DNA of 64,000 nt from positions 14,034 to 78,033 of the forward strand of contig CAVORC010000023.1 in NCBI GenBank assembly GCA_963698505.1, in the 5' to 3' direction. The DNA comes from an uncultured Chloroflexia bacterium (GTDB taxonomy: Bacteria; Chloroflexota; Limnocylindria; Limnocylindrales; CSP1-4). Positions 28,094 through 38,778 of this stretch are shown in pieces (position 1 is the stretch's first letter; each line of letters opens with the position of its first letter). The position numbers and the translations under genes were made by a program. The notes under the pieces are model-generated. The model was not told the DNA's origin. It saw only the letters and a list, made by a program, of their open reading frames with translations, and did no database searches.

Positions 28094-28809
28094 CCGACCC
28101 GACCGATTCCCAGGGAATCCCCAAGAGCACGCACGCGGCTGACAAGTCCGCGCCGGGCAAGAAGCTGCGCCTGCTCGTCGTCGATGACCACGAGGTCGTA
28201 CGACAAGGACTGGCCGCGCTGCTGAACCGACGTGAGGCCTTCCAGGTCGTAGCCGAGGCGGGCACCGCCGAGGAGGCGCTGAGCGCGGTCGAGCGCTTCG
28301 CCCCTGACCTGGTGATCATGGACGTGCGGCTGCCGGACGGGTCGGGGATCGAGGCCTGCCGCGACATCCGCGCCGAGCATCCTGACGTGCGCGTGGTGAT
28401 GCTCACGAGCTATCCCGACGAGGAAGCGGTGCTCTCCGCCATCGTCGCCGGCGCCAGCGGCTACCTCCTGAAGCAGGTTCGGGCGCGCGACCTCGTCAAC
28501 GCGCTCGAGGCGGTCGGGCGCGGCGAGTCATTGCTCGATCCGGCCGTCACCGAGAAGGTGCTGGAGCGCGTCCGCCGCATCGCCACCAGCGCCTACACCG
28601 ACGAGTTCGCGCAGCTCACCGCCCAGGAGCAGAAGATCTTGCTGCTGGTAGCAGAGGGCAAGACCAACAAGGAGATCGCGGCCGAGGTGTACCTCAGCGA
28701 CAAGACGGTCAAGAACTACGTCAGCTCCATCCTGTCCAAGCTGAACCTGCAGCGCCGGGCCCAGGCTGCCGCCTACGTGGCCAAGCACAAGCCCGGCTCG
28801 AGCTTCTGA
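28090..28809 (+). CDS. NarL/LuxR-family response regulator, DevR(DosR)-like
   Basis: VVDDHEVVRQGL, DVRLPDGSGIEACRD, LTSY, AGASGYLLK and the HTH LTAQEQKILLLVAEGKTNKEIA...DKTVKNYVSSILSKL closely parallel M. tuberculosis DevR as I remember it. Confidence 0.9.
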   Translation: MTDPTDSQGIPKSTHAADKSAPGKKLRLLVVDDHEVVRQGLAALLNRREAFQVVAEAGTAEEALSAVERFAPDLVIMDVRLPDGSGIEACRDIRAEHPDVRVVMLTSYPDEEAVLSAIVAGASGYLLKQVRARDLVNALEAVGRGESLLDPAVTEKVLERVRRIATSAYTDEFAQLTAQEQKILLLVAEGKTNKEIAAEVYLSDKTVKNYVSSILSKLNLQRRAQAAAYVAKHKPGSSF

Positions 28810-28822
28810 TCCGAGCCGGGCT

Positions 28823-28857
28823 GGTTCTCCGCGTCCGCGAGCCCCGCGTGGCGAACC
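28823..28857. terminator. possible bidirectional hairpin between convergent regulator genes
   Basis: GGTTC-T-CCGCG (28823-28833) pairs with CGTGG-C-GAACC (28847-28857). A second small hairpin CGGGC-TTCGG-GCCCG follows. No U-tract. Confidence 0.25.
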
Positions 28858-28871
28858 GGGCTTCGGGCCCG

Positions 28872-29303
28872 TCAGGTGGCCGGGGACGCCTTGCTGCCGT
28901 CTACGACCTCGGCGACCGAGGTGCTGGCGAGCCGCTCGAGGATGGCCTCCTGCGCGTCGAAGAACAGGGCGTGCACGTCGCACGGCTCCGGCCCCTGGCC
29001 ACAGGGCTTGCCTGACAGGACGCACGTCTGTCGCCGTGCGTCGCCCTCGGCCGCCTCGATGATGTCCAGCATGCTGATCGCAGCTGCCGCTCGCGAGAGG
29101 CGGTAGCCGCCGGCACGTCCGAGGCGCGCCTCCACGATGCCGGCTCGACTCAGGTCCCCCAGGACCTGCGGCAGGAAGCGCACCGGGATCTGCATCTCCT
29201 TGGCGATGCGGCGCGCGGGCACCACGTCGCCGCCGTCGGCGCGCGCCAGGGCCAGCACAGCGCGGATGGCATAGGAGCCTCGGTGCGTCAATTCCAACCT
29301 CAC
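28872..29303 (-). CDS. Rrf2 family transcriptional regulator (probable Fe-S cluster type)
   Basis: MRLELTHRGSYAIRAVLALA...RRIAKEMQIPVRFLPQVLGDLSRAGIV wHTH. Cys triad CVLSGKPCGQGPEPC. Confidence 0.85.
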   Translation of the reverse strand: MRLELTHRGSYAIRAVLALARADGGDVVPARRIAKEMQIPVRFLPQVLGDLSRAGIVEARLGRAGGYRLSRAAAAISMLDIIEAAEGDARRQTCVLSGKPCGQGPEPCDVHALFFDAQEAILERLASTSVAEVVDGSKASPAT

Positions 29304-29661
29304 GACTCCTAGTTTGGCACGTCAGCGCCCCACTCCGGTGGTCCGAACGGCACACCCTCTCCGTGCCCGAGGCACCGAAACGAATGCCGCCGAGGTCGCG
29401 ATCCGTTGGGCCGATCGGCCCTGCGCTTGGGTGCCATCCGGCCATCGTCAACCCACCTCGCCAGTGGCGACGATCGTTCTGTTCGGCCGCGGATGGCTCC
29501 TTGACCGGCCATCCGAGATCGAAAGGTGCTCGCCCGCGATGGGGCAACCCATCGGGGGGAGCGGGCGAGCGCCGCCTCTCTTCGCTGCCCAATGCGGCGT
29601 CTCGGTCCGACCGGGGCGCCGCCGTTCCATCTCTGGCTTCCTTGCGGGCGAGGTACATCTC

Positions 29662-29699
29662 CCCGGGACACTCGGCCGCTTCGGGACATTCGGCCCCAC
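29662..29699 (+). promoter_or_regulatory. candidate DosR/DevR-type boxes (tandem GGGACA-N3-GGCC repeats)
   Basis: 29680-29699 TTCGGGACATTCGGCCCCAC matches 16/20 positions of the remembered DevR consensus TTSGGGACTWWAGTCCCSAA. A weaker copy (11/20) is at 29662-29681. The strong box ends 107 nt upstream of the USP ATG. Confidence 0.3.
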
Positions 29700-29805
29700 G
29701 CGCGTGACGGATCGGACCTGTGCATGGCGCCGGGCGAGGCCGACGATGGTCACCAGGCCGGGTACGAGCGATCGGGTCGCCCGGGATCGCTGGAGGGACG
29801 GCAGG

Positions 29806-30237
29806 ATGAAAAAGATCCTCGTTGCCTACGACGGACACGAGGCCGGTCATCGGGCCCTCGAGATGGCAGCCCGCCTGGCGATCGCCTTCGACGGCAGGGT
29901 CGACGTGGTCAGCGTCGTGCCAGAGGGCTTCGGCAAGGCGGATGACCAGGCCAACGAGCCCGCCGTCGAGCATGCGCGCGAGCTGGTCGAGGCGCGCGGC
30001 ATCCTGCGGCACCACGGCATCGAGGCCGGCCTCATCGAGCCGGCAGGCGATCCCGCAGCCACCATCGAGCGCCTTGCCATCGAGCGCGGGTACGACACCA
30101 TCGTGCTGGGCGGCAACCGCTCCGGCCGCAATGGTCAGCCCTGGATGGAGAGTGTGACCGCGCACGTTGCGGCCAATGCCAGGGCCAACGTCGTGGTCGC
30201 GAGACGCGCGCTGGGGCCCCTCAAGGACGCCGGCTGA
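29806..30237 (+). CDS. universal stress protein
   Basis: GGAGGGA RBS. MKKILVAYDGHEAGHRALEMA...YDTIVLGG...VTAHVAANARANVVVA. Confidence 0.85.
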   Translation: MKKILVAYDGHEAGHRALEMAARLAIAFDGRVDVVSVVPEGFGKADDQANEPAVEHARELVEARGILRHHGIEAGLIEPAGDPAATIERLAIERGYDTIVLGGNRSGRNGQPWMESVTAHVAANARANVVVARRALGPLKDAG

Positions 30238-30329
30238 CCGGTTCCCGCGCGCGTGCGGCGCCTGCGCCATCCACGTCGCCACCGTATCCTGTCGGGTCCA
30301 TGACCAATCCCCCAACATGGTGACCCCCG

Positions 30330-31151
30330 ATGACTGCGAATGACCCCAACGGCACCCCCAGCAGCGGTACGACGCGCAAGCAGCGGCGGGCGGCGGAACG
30401 AGCCGCACGCAAAGGCGGCAGCCGGCCCGCCAAGACCACGTCGGGTGGTGGCGGTGCAGGGCCATCCATGTTCGTCGTCAGCCTCGCCGCCGTCGGCATC
30501 GGCCTGCTCGCGGTCGCGGCCCTGGTCGTCGTGAGCGGGGGCTTCGGCGGGGACAGCGACGCGGCGACCGTGGAGAAGCCCGACGTCCCGGCAGTGGCAC
30601 AGGAATTGCGCCAGGGACGCACGCTTGTCGCGCCCGGTGTCACCCCACCGGTGACGATCGAGGCCTACGAGGATCCCCAGTGCCCGGCCTGCGCGCTCTT
30701 CACCGAGCGCATCGAGCCGCTTATCATCGCCGAGCACGTGGCCAGCGGCATCGCCAGCTTCACCTACAACGACTTCGCCTTCCTGGGCGACGAGTCCTGG
30801 GATGCCGCCATCGCCATGCGCGTGGCTGAAGACATGGACGGCAAGTTCTGGGACTACCAGCAGGCGGTCTTCCACAACCAGGACGGTGAGAACCGGGGAG
30901 CCTTCAGCCGCGAGCGCCTCGCCGACATCGCCGAGCTGGTCGACCTCGACCGCGAGGAGTTCCTGCGCTTGATGGACGACGACTCGTACCGCGCCGCCGT
31001 GGCAGCCGAGAAGGCCGCCGGCGAGGATCTCGGCGTGAACAGCACGCCCACGCTCATCGTCAACGGCGAGATCGTCCGTGGCGTGCCCGACTGGGAGGAG
31101 TTCGATGCCATCGTGCAGGCCGCGGCGGAGGCCGCCTCGAGCGGCGGCTGA
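30330..31151 (+). CDS. membrane-anchored DsbA-family thiol:disulfide oxidoreductase
   Basis: TM anchor, then YEDPQCPACALF (CPAC active site), FWDYQQAVF and NSTPTLIVNGE. Confidence 0.8.
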   Translation: MTANDPNGTPSSGTTRKQRRAAERAARKGGSRPAKTTSGGGGAGPSMFVVSLAAVGIGLLAVAALVVVSGGFGGDSDAATVEKPDVPAVAQELRQGRTLVAPGVTPPVTIEAYEDPQCPACALFTERIEPLIIAEHVASGIASFTYNDFAFLGDESWDAAIAMRVAEDMDGKFWDYQQAVFHNQDGENRGAFSRERLADIAELVDLDREEFLRLMDDDSYRAAVAAEKAAGEDLGVNSTPTLIVNGEIVRGVPDWEEFDAIVQAAAEAASSGG

Positions 31152-31199
31152 ACCGGTGACCGCAGGCTGCAGCCGTCGCGCGAGTAGCGAGGTGGACCA

Positions 31200-31988
31200 A
31201 TGAGAGCGAGACGATCGGTGGCCCTGCTCGTCGCTGCCGGCCTCCTGTGGTCGGGGGCGGCCGCAGCGCAGGATGCAGCCGCCGAGCCGCTGCCGGAACC
31301 GGGAACGCCGTTGCAGCCCGGGCGCTACGTGAGCGACGCGGTGGGCCCCACCATCGAGTTCCGCGTGGACGAAGGCTGGTTGGTCGGTCCCGGTAGCGAC
31401 GGACCCATCTTCACGCTCGAGCGCACCGATCCGCCCGGCAGCGTCGTGTCGTTCACCCGCTTCGACGGTGAGACGTTCCTCGACTCCTGTGATGCCAGCT
31501 CCATGGCCACGGTCGAGCCCAGCGTGGGACGCCTGGCTGAGATCATCGCCGGCAACCCCTTCCTCAATGCCGGTCCGCCAGCCGCCGTCGAGGTCGATGG
31601 CCGAGCCGGTCTGGCGCTCGACGTGGGTGTGCCCGAGTACACGGAATGCCGGCTGCCCTTCCTGCTGATCTGGGCCGTGCCGATCGGTAGCGGCGGCGAG
31701 TTCGTGCAGGTGGCGAACCAGCAGTCCCGCTTCATCCTGCTGGATGTCGAAGGTGAGGTCATCGTCATCGCCATCGAAACGTTCCCCGGCGTGCCCTTCG
31801 GTGGTCTCCTCCAGCGTTCGCTCGAGGTGGTGGAGTCCATGCGTATCGCGCCCGCTGATCCGGCCGTGCCGGATGTCACCCCGAGCACGGGGCCGACACC
31901 GAGCCCGGAGCCGGTCGCCCGCCCCGAGCCCAGCCCGGAGGTCATCCCCTCCCCCAGCGAGTCACCCGGCGCGACGGTCTCGGGCTGA
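31200..31988 (+). CDS. secreted hypothetical protein with Pro/Ser-rich C-terminal tail
   Basis: Signal peptide MRARRSVALLVAAGLLWSGAAAAQD. Coding-like composition. No family recognised. Confidence 0.55.
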   Translation: MRARRSVALLVAAGLLWSGAAAAQDAAAEPLPEPGTPLQPGRYVSDAVGPTIEFRVDEGWLVGPGSDGPIFTLERTDPPGSVVSFTRFDGETFLDSCDASSMATVEPSVGRLAEIIAGNPFLNAGPPAAVEVDGRAGLALDVGVPEYTECRLPFLLIWAVPIGSGGEFVQVANQQSRFILLDVEGEVIVIAIETFPGVPFGGLLQRSLEVVESMRIAPADPAVPDVTPSTGPTPSPEPVARPEPSPEVIPSPSESPGATVSG

Positions 31989-32093
31989 CCCTCGGTGGGC
32001 TCCGCGTAGCACCAGGGGCCGCCGCCGGCTGCGCGCGCCTGACGCCCCAGCGCGACCGTCCGGACGGCCTATGCCGATGTGACGTTCAGCACT

Positions 32094-32130
32094 CATGCGC
32101 ACATGGGCATATGTCGATACTGCGTGCATG
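32094..32130. promoter_or_regulatory. imperfect inverted repeat, candidate ArsR operator
   Basis: CATGCGCACA (32094-32103) and TGCGTGCATG (32121-32130) are complementary at 8/10 positions. They lie in a locally AT-richer stretch overlapping the regulator's possible start codons. Confidence 0.25.
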
Positions 32131-32475
32131 GACCCGCTCCACGAACTGCAGGCCGAGATCTGCCGAACGCTGAGCCACCCGGCTCGCATCGCCATGCTGC
32201 ACCTCCTGGCCGACGAGCCTCGCGAGGTCGGGCGGCTGGCGGACGCGATCGGCATCAGCCAGCCCAACGCCTCCAAGCATCTCGCGGTGATGCGTTCGGC
32301 CGGCCTCGTCGAAGCAGAGCGTGACGGCCGTGGCGCGGTCTACCGGCTGACCGACCCTGGCGTCATCGGCGCCTGCGACCTGATGGCGCAGGTGATGCGC
32401 CGCCGGCTGGCCCGCCTGGCCGATCTCTCCGCGGCCATCGAACGCACCGGCAACGGGTCGGTCGTCAACAGATAA
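32128..32475 (+). CDS. ArsR/SmtB-family transcriptional regulator (two-Cys, possibly persulfide-sensing)
   Basis: LSHPARIAMLHLLADEPREVGRLADAIGISQPNASKHLAVMRSAGLV wHTH. An alternative ATG is at 32095. Confidence 0.8.
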   Translation: MDPLHELQAEICRTLSHPARIAMLHLLADEPREVGRLADAIGISQPNASKHLAVMRSAGLVEAERDGRGAVYRLTDPGVIGACDLMAQVMRRRLARLADLSAAIERTGNGSVVNR

Positions 32476-32488
32476 GGAAGACAGACAC

Positions 32489-32905
32489 ATGGATGACAAG
32501 CCCCTCGCGATCGTGCTCTTCAGCGGCACCGATGACAAGCTCAACGTCGCCGCCGTGATGGCCTCCGGTGCCGCTGCCCTCGGTCGACCCGTTCACATCT
32601 TCCTGCAGTACTGGGGTCTGGACGCCTTCCGCGCGGACCGCATCAAGAACGACCATGGCCTCGCCGCGGAAGCCGGCGCTGAGGGGAAGGCCGCGGTCGA
32701 CGCGTTGCGCGCGGAGGGCCAGGCCCCCTGGTACGAGACGCTGGCCATGGCCAAGGAGCTCGGTGGTGTCGAGATCCAGGCCTGTTCGCTCTCGATGGAC
32801 CTGCTGCGCATCACCGAGGACGACCTCGATCCGCTCGTCGATGGGACGGAGGGCGTGACGGCCTTCTACATCGCCGTCGGCGACGGTCAGATCCTCTTCA
32901 TCTAG
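32489..32905 (+). CDS. DsrE/DsrF-like sulfur relay family protein
   Basis: AIVLFSGTDDKLNVAAVMASGAAALG...VEIQACSLSMDL matches the DsrE-family pattern with a conserved Cys. Confidence 0.75.
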   Translation: MDDKPLAIVLFSGTDDKLNVAAVMASGAAALGRPVHIFLQYWGLDAFRADRIKNDHGLAAEAGAEGKAAVDALRAEGQAPWYETLAMAKELGGVEIQACSLSMDLLRITEDDLDPLVDGTEGVTAFYIAVGDGQILFI

Positions 32906-32938
32906 CACCGCTGAGCCGTTGATCACAAGGAGCACCAG

Positions 32939-33172
32939 ATGAGCGAGACCATCCACACCACCGTCGATGCCAAGGGGCTGTCCTGTCCCATGCCCATCGT
33001 CAAGACCGCACAGGCCGCCAAGGGCGTGCCCGCAGGCGAGCTGATCGAGGTCCTCGCCACCGACCCCGGCTCGGTCAAGGACTTCGCGGCCTGGACCCGC
33101 TCCACGGGCAACGCCATCGTCGAGCAGTCCGAGGACGGCGGCGTCTATCGCTTCGTCATCAAGCGCGCCTAG
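32939..33172 (+). CDS. tusA: sulfurtransferase TusA family protein
   Basis: AAGGAG RBS. DAKGLSCPMPIVKTAQA has the canonical CPxP motif. Confidence 0.85.
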   Translation: MSETIHTTVDAKGLSCPMPIVKTAQAAKGVPAGELIEVLATDPGSVKDFAAWTRSTGNAIVEQSEDGGVYRFVIKRA

Positions 33173-33204
33173 GGCATCGAGCACAGATCAGGAAAGGGAC
33201 GCTC

Positions 33205-33780
33205 ATGGCTACCGATACCACCGCCCCCGACGCCGCGGCCGAGGCGCAGCTGACCGAGGCCATCGCTGCCGCCGCACAGCCCGACAGTGGCAGCACACCC
33301 GTCCAGCGGCAGCTGGTGATCATCAACTGGAGCGGCGAGTACGACAAGATCATGCCCACGCTCATCATGGCCAGCGTGGCGGCCGCCAGTGGCTACAAGG
33401 CGCAGGTGTTCCTCACGTTCTGGGGACTGCTGCCCTTCGTCAAGGACAGCCGACGCATCACCGGTGAGAACTGGATGCAGAAGATGCTCTCGTTCATGCA
33501 GCGACCGGGCATCAGCCACCTGAAGATGTCGCAGATGAACTTCCTGGGCATGGGGCCGTGGATGATCGGCAAGCTCAGCAAGCAGTACAACGTGGCGTCG
33601 CCCAAGGAGCTGCTGGAGGCCTGCCAGCTGATGGGCGTCGAGTTCCTGCCCTGCCAGATGACGATGGACATGTTCGGCCTCAAGCGCGAGGACATGATCG
33701 ACGGCCTCGGCGAGCCCGTCGGCGCCGCCACGGTGCTCGAGCTCATGACCGAGGAGCGCACCGCCTCGCTCTTCATCTAG
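33205..33780 (+). CDS. DsrE/DsrF/DrsH-like family protein
   Basis: LVIINWSGEYDKIMPTLIMASVAAASG...VEFLPCQMTMDMFG matches the DsrE-like fold pattern. Confidence 0.75.
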   Translation: MATDTTAPDAAAEAQLTEAIAAAAQPDSGSTPVQRQLVIINWSGEYDKIMPTLIMASVAAASGYKAQVFLTFWGLLPFVKDSRRITGENWMQKMLSFMQRPGISHLKMSQMNFLGMGPWMIGKLSKQYNVASPKELLEACQLMGVEFLPCQMTMDMFGLKREDMIDGLGEPVGAATVLELMTEERTASLFI

Positions 33781-33814
33781 CCCCGACCACAGCCATACGA
33801 GGAGAACCGATCCG

Positions 33815-34066
33815 ATGACCACCCTTGAACTCGAGACCACCCCGACGACCACCATCGACGCCCGCGGCAGCTTCTGCCCGGGCCCGCTGATGGAGCTCAT
33901 CCGCGCCATCCGCGAAGGCCAGGTCGGCGATGTCCTCGCCGTCATCTCGAGCGACAACGGCTCGAAGACGGACATCCCCGCCTGGGTCGCCAAGGCCGGC
34001 CACAAGCTCATCGGTGTCTTTCCCCATGAGGGCTACGACGAGATCGTGGTCGAGAAGCTCAAGTAG
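33815..34066 (+). CDS. TusA-like sulfurtransferase
   Basis: IDARGSFCPGPLMELIRAI has the CPxP motif. 83 aa. Confidence 0.8.
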   Translation: MTTLELETTPTTTIDARGSFCPGPLMELIRAIREGQVGDVLAVISSDNGSKTDIPAWVAKAGHKLIGVFPHEGYDEIVVEKLK

Positions 34067-34093
34067 CGCAGGAACGCGCGGGAGTCAGCTGAC

Positions 34094-35272
34094 ATGCAGA
34101 ACGTTCTCGTCCTCGGCGGTGGCGTTGGCGGCACGCTCGTCGCCAACCTCATCAGCCGCAAGATCAAGAAGCAGATCGAGGCCGGTGAGGCCAGGGTCAC
34201 GGTCGTCGATGAGAAGGGCGAGCACGTCTATCAGCCCGGCTTCATGTACATCGCCATGGGCAACGAGGATCCCAAGTCGTTGCGCAAGCCCGAGCGGCGC
34301 CTCCTCGACGACCGTGTCGACCTGGTCATCGGCGAGGTCACCGGCATCGACGAGGAAGCCAGGACCGTCTCGGTCGCGGGCGACCGGACGCTCGAGTACG
34401 ACTACCTCGTCCTCGCCACCGGATCTCGCATCCTGCCCGAGGCCATCGAGCACTTCGAGCAGGAGGCGCACCACTTCTACAGCGAGGAGGCTGCCCTCAA
34501 GCTGCGCCACGCGCTCGACGCCTTCACCGGCGGCAGGGTCGTGGTGGGCATCGCCGGCATGCCCTACAAGTGTCCGCCGGCACCGCTGGAGGTCGCCCTG
34601 TTGATCGAGGCCGAGCTGCGCGAGCGTGGCCTGCGCGACAAGAGCGAGATCCACTTCTGCTCGCCCATCGCCCGCGCCTTCACCATCGAATCGGTCAGCG
34701 AGATGGTGACGCCCGAGCTGGAGAAGAAGGGTATCGAGCTGCACACGTTCTTCAACGTGGAGGCCATCGACCCGGAGCGCAAGGCGGTGCTGAGCCTCGA
34801 GGGTGAGGAGCTGGAGTACGACCTGCTGGTGCTGGTGCCACCGCACAAGGGCGCCCAGGTGCTCATCGACAGCGGGCTGGGCCCAGCGCCCGGCGGCTGG
34901 CTGCCGACCGACCCAAAGACGCTCAACGTGGGTGAGCGACCCAACGTCTGGGCCCTGGGCGACGCGACCAACCTGCCACTCTCGAAGGCCGGCTCCACCG
35001 CCCACTTCGAAGCCCCGGTCGTGGCCGAGCGCGTCGCCGCCATGGTGCAACAGCGCAAGCCGCACGCCAAGGAGTCGATCTACACCGGCAAGGTCATGTG
35101 CTTCTTCGAGGTCGGAGATGGCAAGGGCACGCTGCTGCGCTTCGACTACGAGAACCCACCCAACCCACCCAAGCCCAGCCGCCTGTGGCACGTGGGCAAG
35201 ATCTTCTTCAACAAGACCTACTACCGCATCGTGCCCAAGGGCCGCGGTGGCACCATCGAGAAGCGCCTCTAG
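34094..35272 (+). CDS. NAD(P)/FAD-dependent oxidoreductase, sulfide:quinone oxidoreductase-like
   Basis: VLVLGGGVGGTLVA Rossmann motif, MPYKCPPAPLE and ALGDATNLP. Last gene of the DsrE/TusA cluster. Confidence 0.8.
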   Translation: MQNVLVLGGGVGGTLVANLISRKIKKQIEAGEARVTVVDEKGEHVYQPGFMYIAMGNEDPKSLRKPERRLLDDRVDLVIGEVTGIDEEARTVSVAGDRTLEYDYLVLATGSRILPEAIEHFEQEAHHFYSEEAALKLRHALDAFTGGRVVVGIAGMPYKCPPAPLEVALLIEAELRERGLRDKSEIHFCSPIARAFTIESVSEMVTPELEKKGIELHTFFNVEAIDPERKAVLSLEGEELEYDLLVLVPPHKGAQVLIDSGLGPAPGGWLPTDPKTLNVGERPNVWALGDATNLPLSKAGSTAHFEAPVVAERVAAMVQQRKPHAKESIYTGKVMCFFEVGDGKGTLLRFDYENPPNPPKPSRLWHVGKIFFNKTYYRIVPKGRGGTIEKRL

Positions 35273-36369
35273 CCTGGGACACGGACCTCGCCCTTGCTAG
35301 AGGGCGAGGTCGATCGCCGGCAGCGGGGTCGTCGGCGACGAGACTCGGCGTCGTCGTCGGCCGCACGGCTCGACCCGGCGACGGGCACGCGCCCGCGAGC
35401 CTCGGTGAGCAACACGCCGAGGATCTCTCGCCAGCGCTCGTAGACGAAGTGGTGGCCTTCTCGGGGGTAGTAGGTCGCGACCGCGGTAGGGATATTGCGC
35501 TCGAGGTACTTGCCCATCCCGACAGGCACGACCTTGTCCTGTGCGCCGTGCCAGATGCGCACCGGCACCGTCACGCCGCCGATGGGAAAGCCGAAGGGCC
35601 GCGCCAGGCAGAGCGCCTCGTCGTAGACGCCGCCGTTGCCCTGGCGGTACATCTCCGCGGCGTTGGCGATCATGACGGCCCGCAGGGCAGGGTCACCAAG
35701 GATCTCGCGGTCGGCCTCGATCATGCCGCTGATGGCCTCGTCGAGCTGCTTGCTGGGGTCCGCCTTCTGCTGTCGCGACCATTGCCACATCGCCAGCGCG
35801 ATGACCCACGGGGCGTGGTCGGCCGTCCGCGACATGGCCCGGTGACGCGGCCAGGTGTAGCCCGTGGAGCCGGGTGCGCCTGACAGCGGAGCGGGTGCGC
35901 TGATGAGCCCCACCACGGAGAAGCGATCGGGCATCTGCCAGGCGCAGGCGAGAGCATACGGCCCACCGCCCGACCAGGCCACCACCGCACAGCGCTCGAT
36001 GTCGAGGATGTCGAGCAGCTCGGCGATGTCGCGCGGGTAGTCGGTCACGCGGCGGTTGGGCAGGCGGGTCGAGATGCCGATGCCGGGTCGATCGACCGCG
36101 ATGATGCGAGCGCCCAGCTCGGTGGCGATCTCATCGTCGGGGTGGCGCACGACCCGCGACGACCCGAAGCCGTGGAAGAACAGCACCGGCGTGCCATCCG
36201 GATCGCCGAAGTCGTCGAAGCCCAGGGCGCGCCCGTCCGAGAGGGTGACCTGGCGAGACTTGGGGCCCAGCTCGACCAGCGACTCGCGGAAGCGGGCCAG
36301 TCGCCTCGCCCGACGCAGGACGCGCACGCTGCGCGGCCGACGACGTCTTCGCGTTGGTTCGCTGTCCAT
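35269..36369 (-). CDS. alpha/beta hydrolase
   Basis: VLFFHGFGSSR and the nucleophile elbow VVAWSGGGPYA. The internal ATG at 36369 was chosen. Confidence 0.8.
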   Translation of the reverse strand: MDSEPTRRRRRPRSVRVLRRARRLARFRESLVELGPKSRQVTLSDGRALGFDDFGDPDGTPVLFFHGFGSSRVVRHPDDEIATELGARIIAVDRPGIGISTRLPNRRVTDYPRDIAELLDILDIERCAVVAWSGGGPYALACAWQMPDRFSVVGLISAPAPLSGAPGSTGYTWPRHRAMSRTADHAPWVIALAMWQWSRQQKADPSKQLDEAISGMIEADREILGDPALRAVMIANAAEMYRQGNGGVYDEALCLARPFGFPIGGVTVPVRIWHGAQDKVVPVGMGKYLERNIPTAVATYYPREGHHFVYERWREILGVLLTEARGRVPVAGSSRAADDDAESRRRRPRCRRSTSPSSKGEVRVPG

Positions 36370-36496
36370 CACCGTAATGATGCCACGGGGTCGATCAGCC
36401 GATCGAGTCAGCCACCGCGCCGATCGGTCCACATCAGCATGGGCGGCACCACGGCGTCGACGCGCAGCCGACGGTCCACGCGAGGTGTCGATGCCA

Positions 36497-38683
<2,187 letters not shown>

Positions 38684-38778
38684 TCATGGCTTCATCGCTG
38701 GGTGTCGCGCAGTCGTCTGCCCGGCTCATTATGCCGATGCGTCACGGCGGCAGAGCCGATCCGCGAGCGGCGAGAGGC

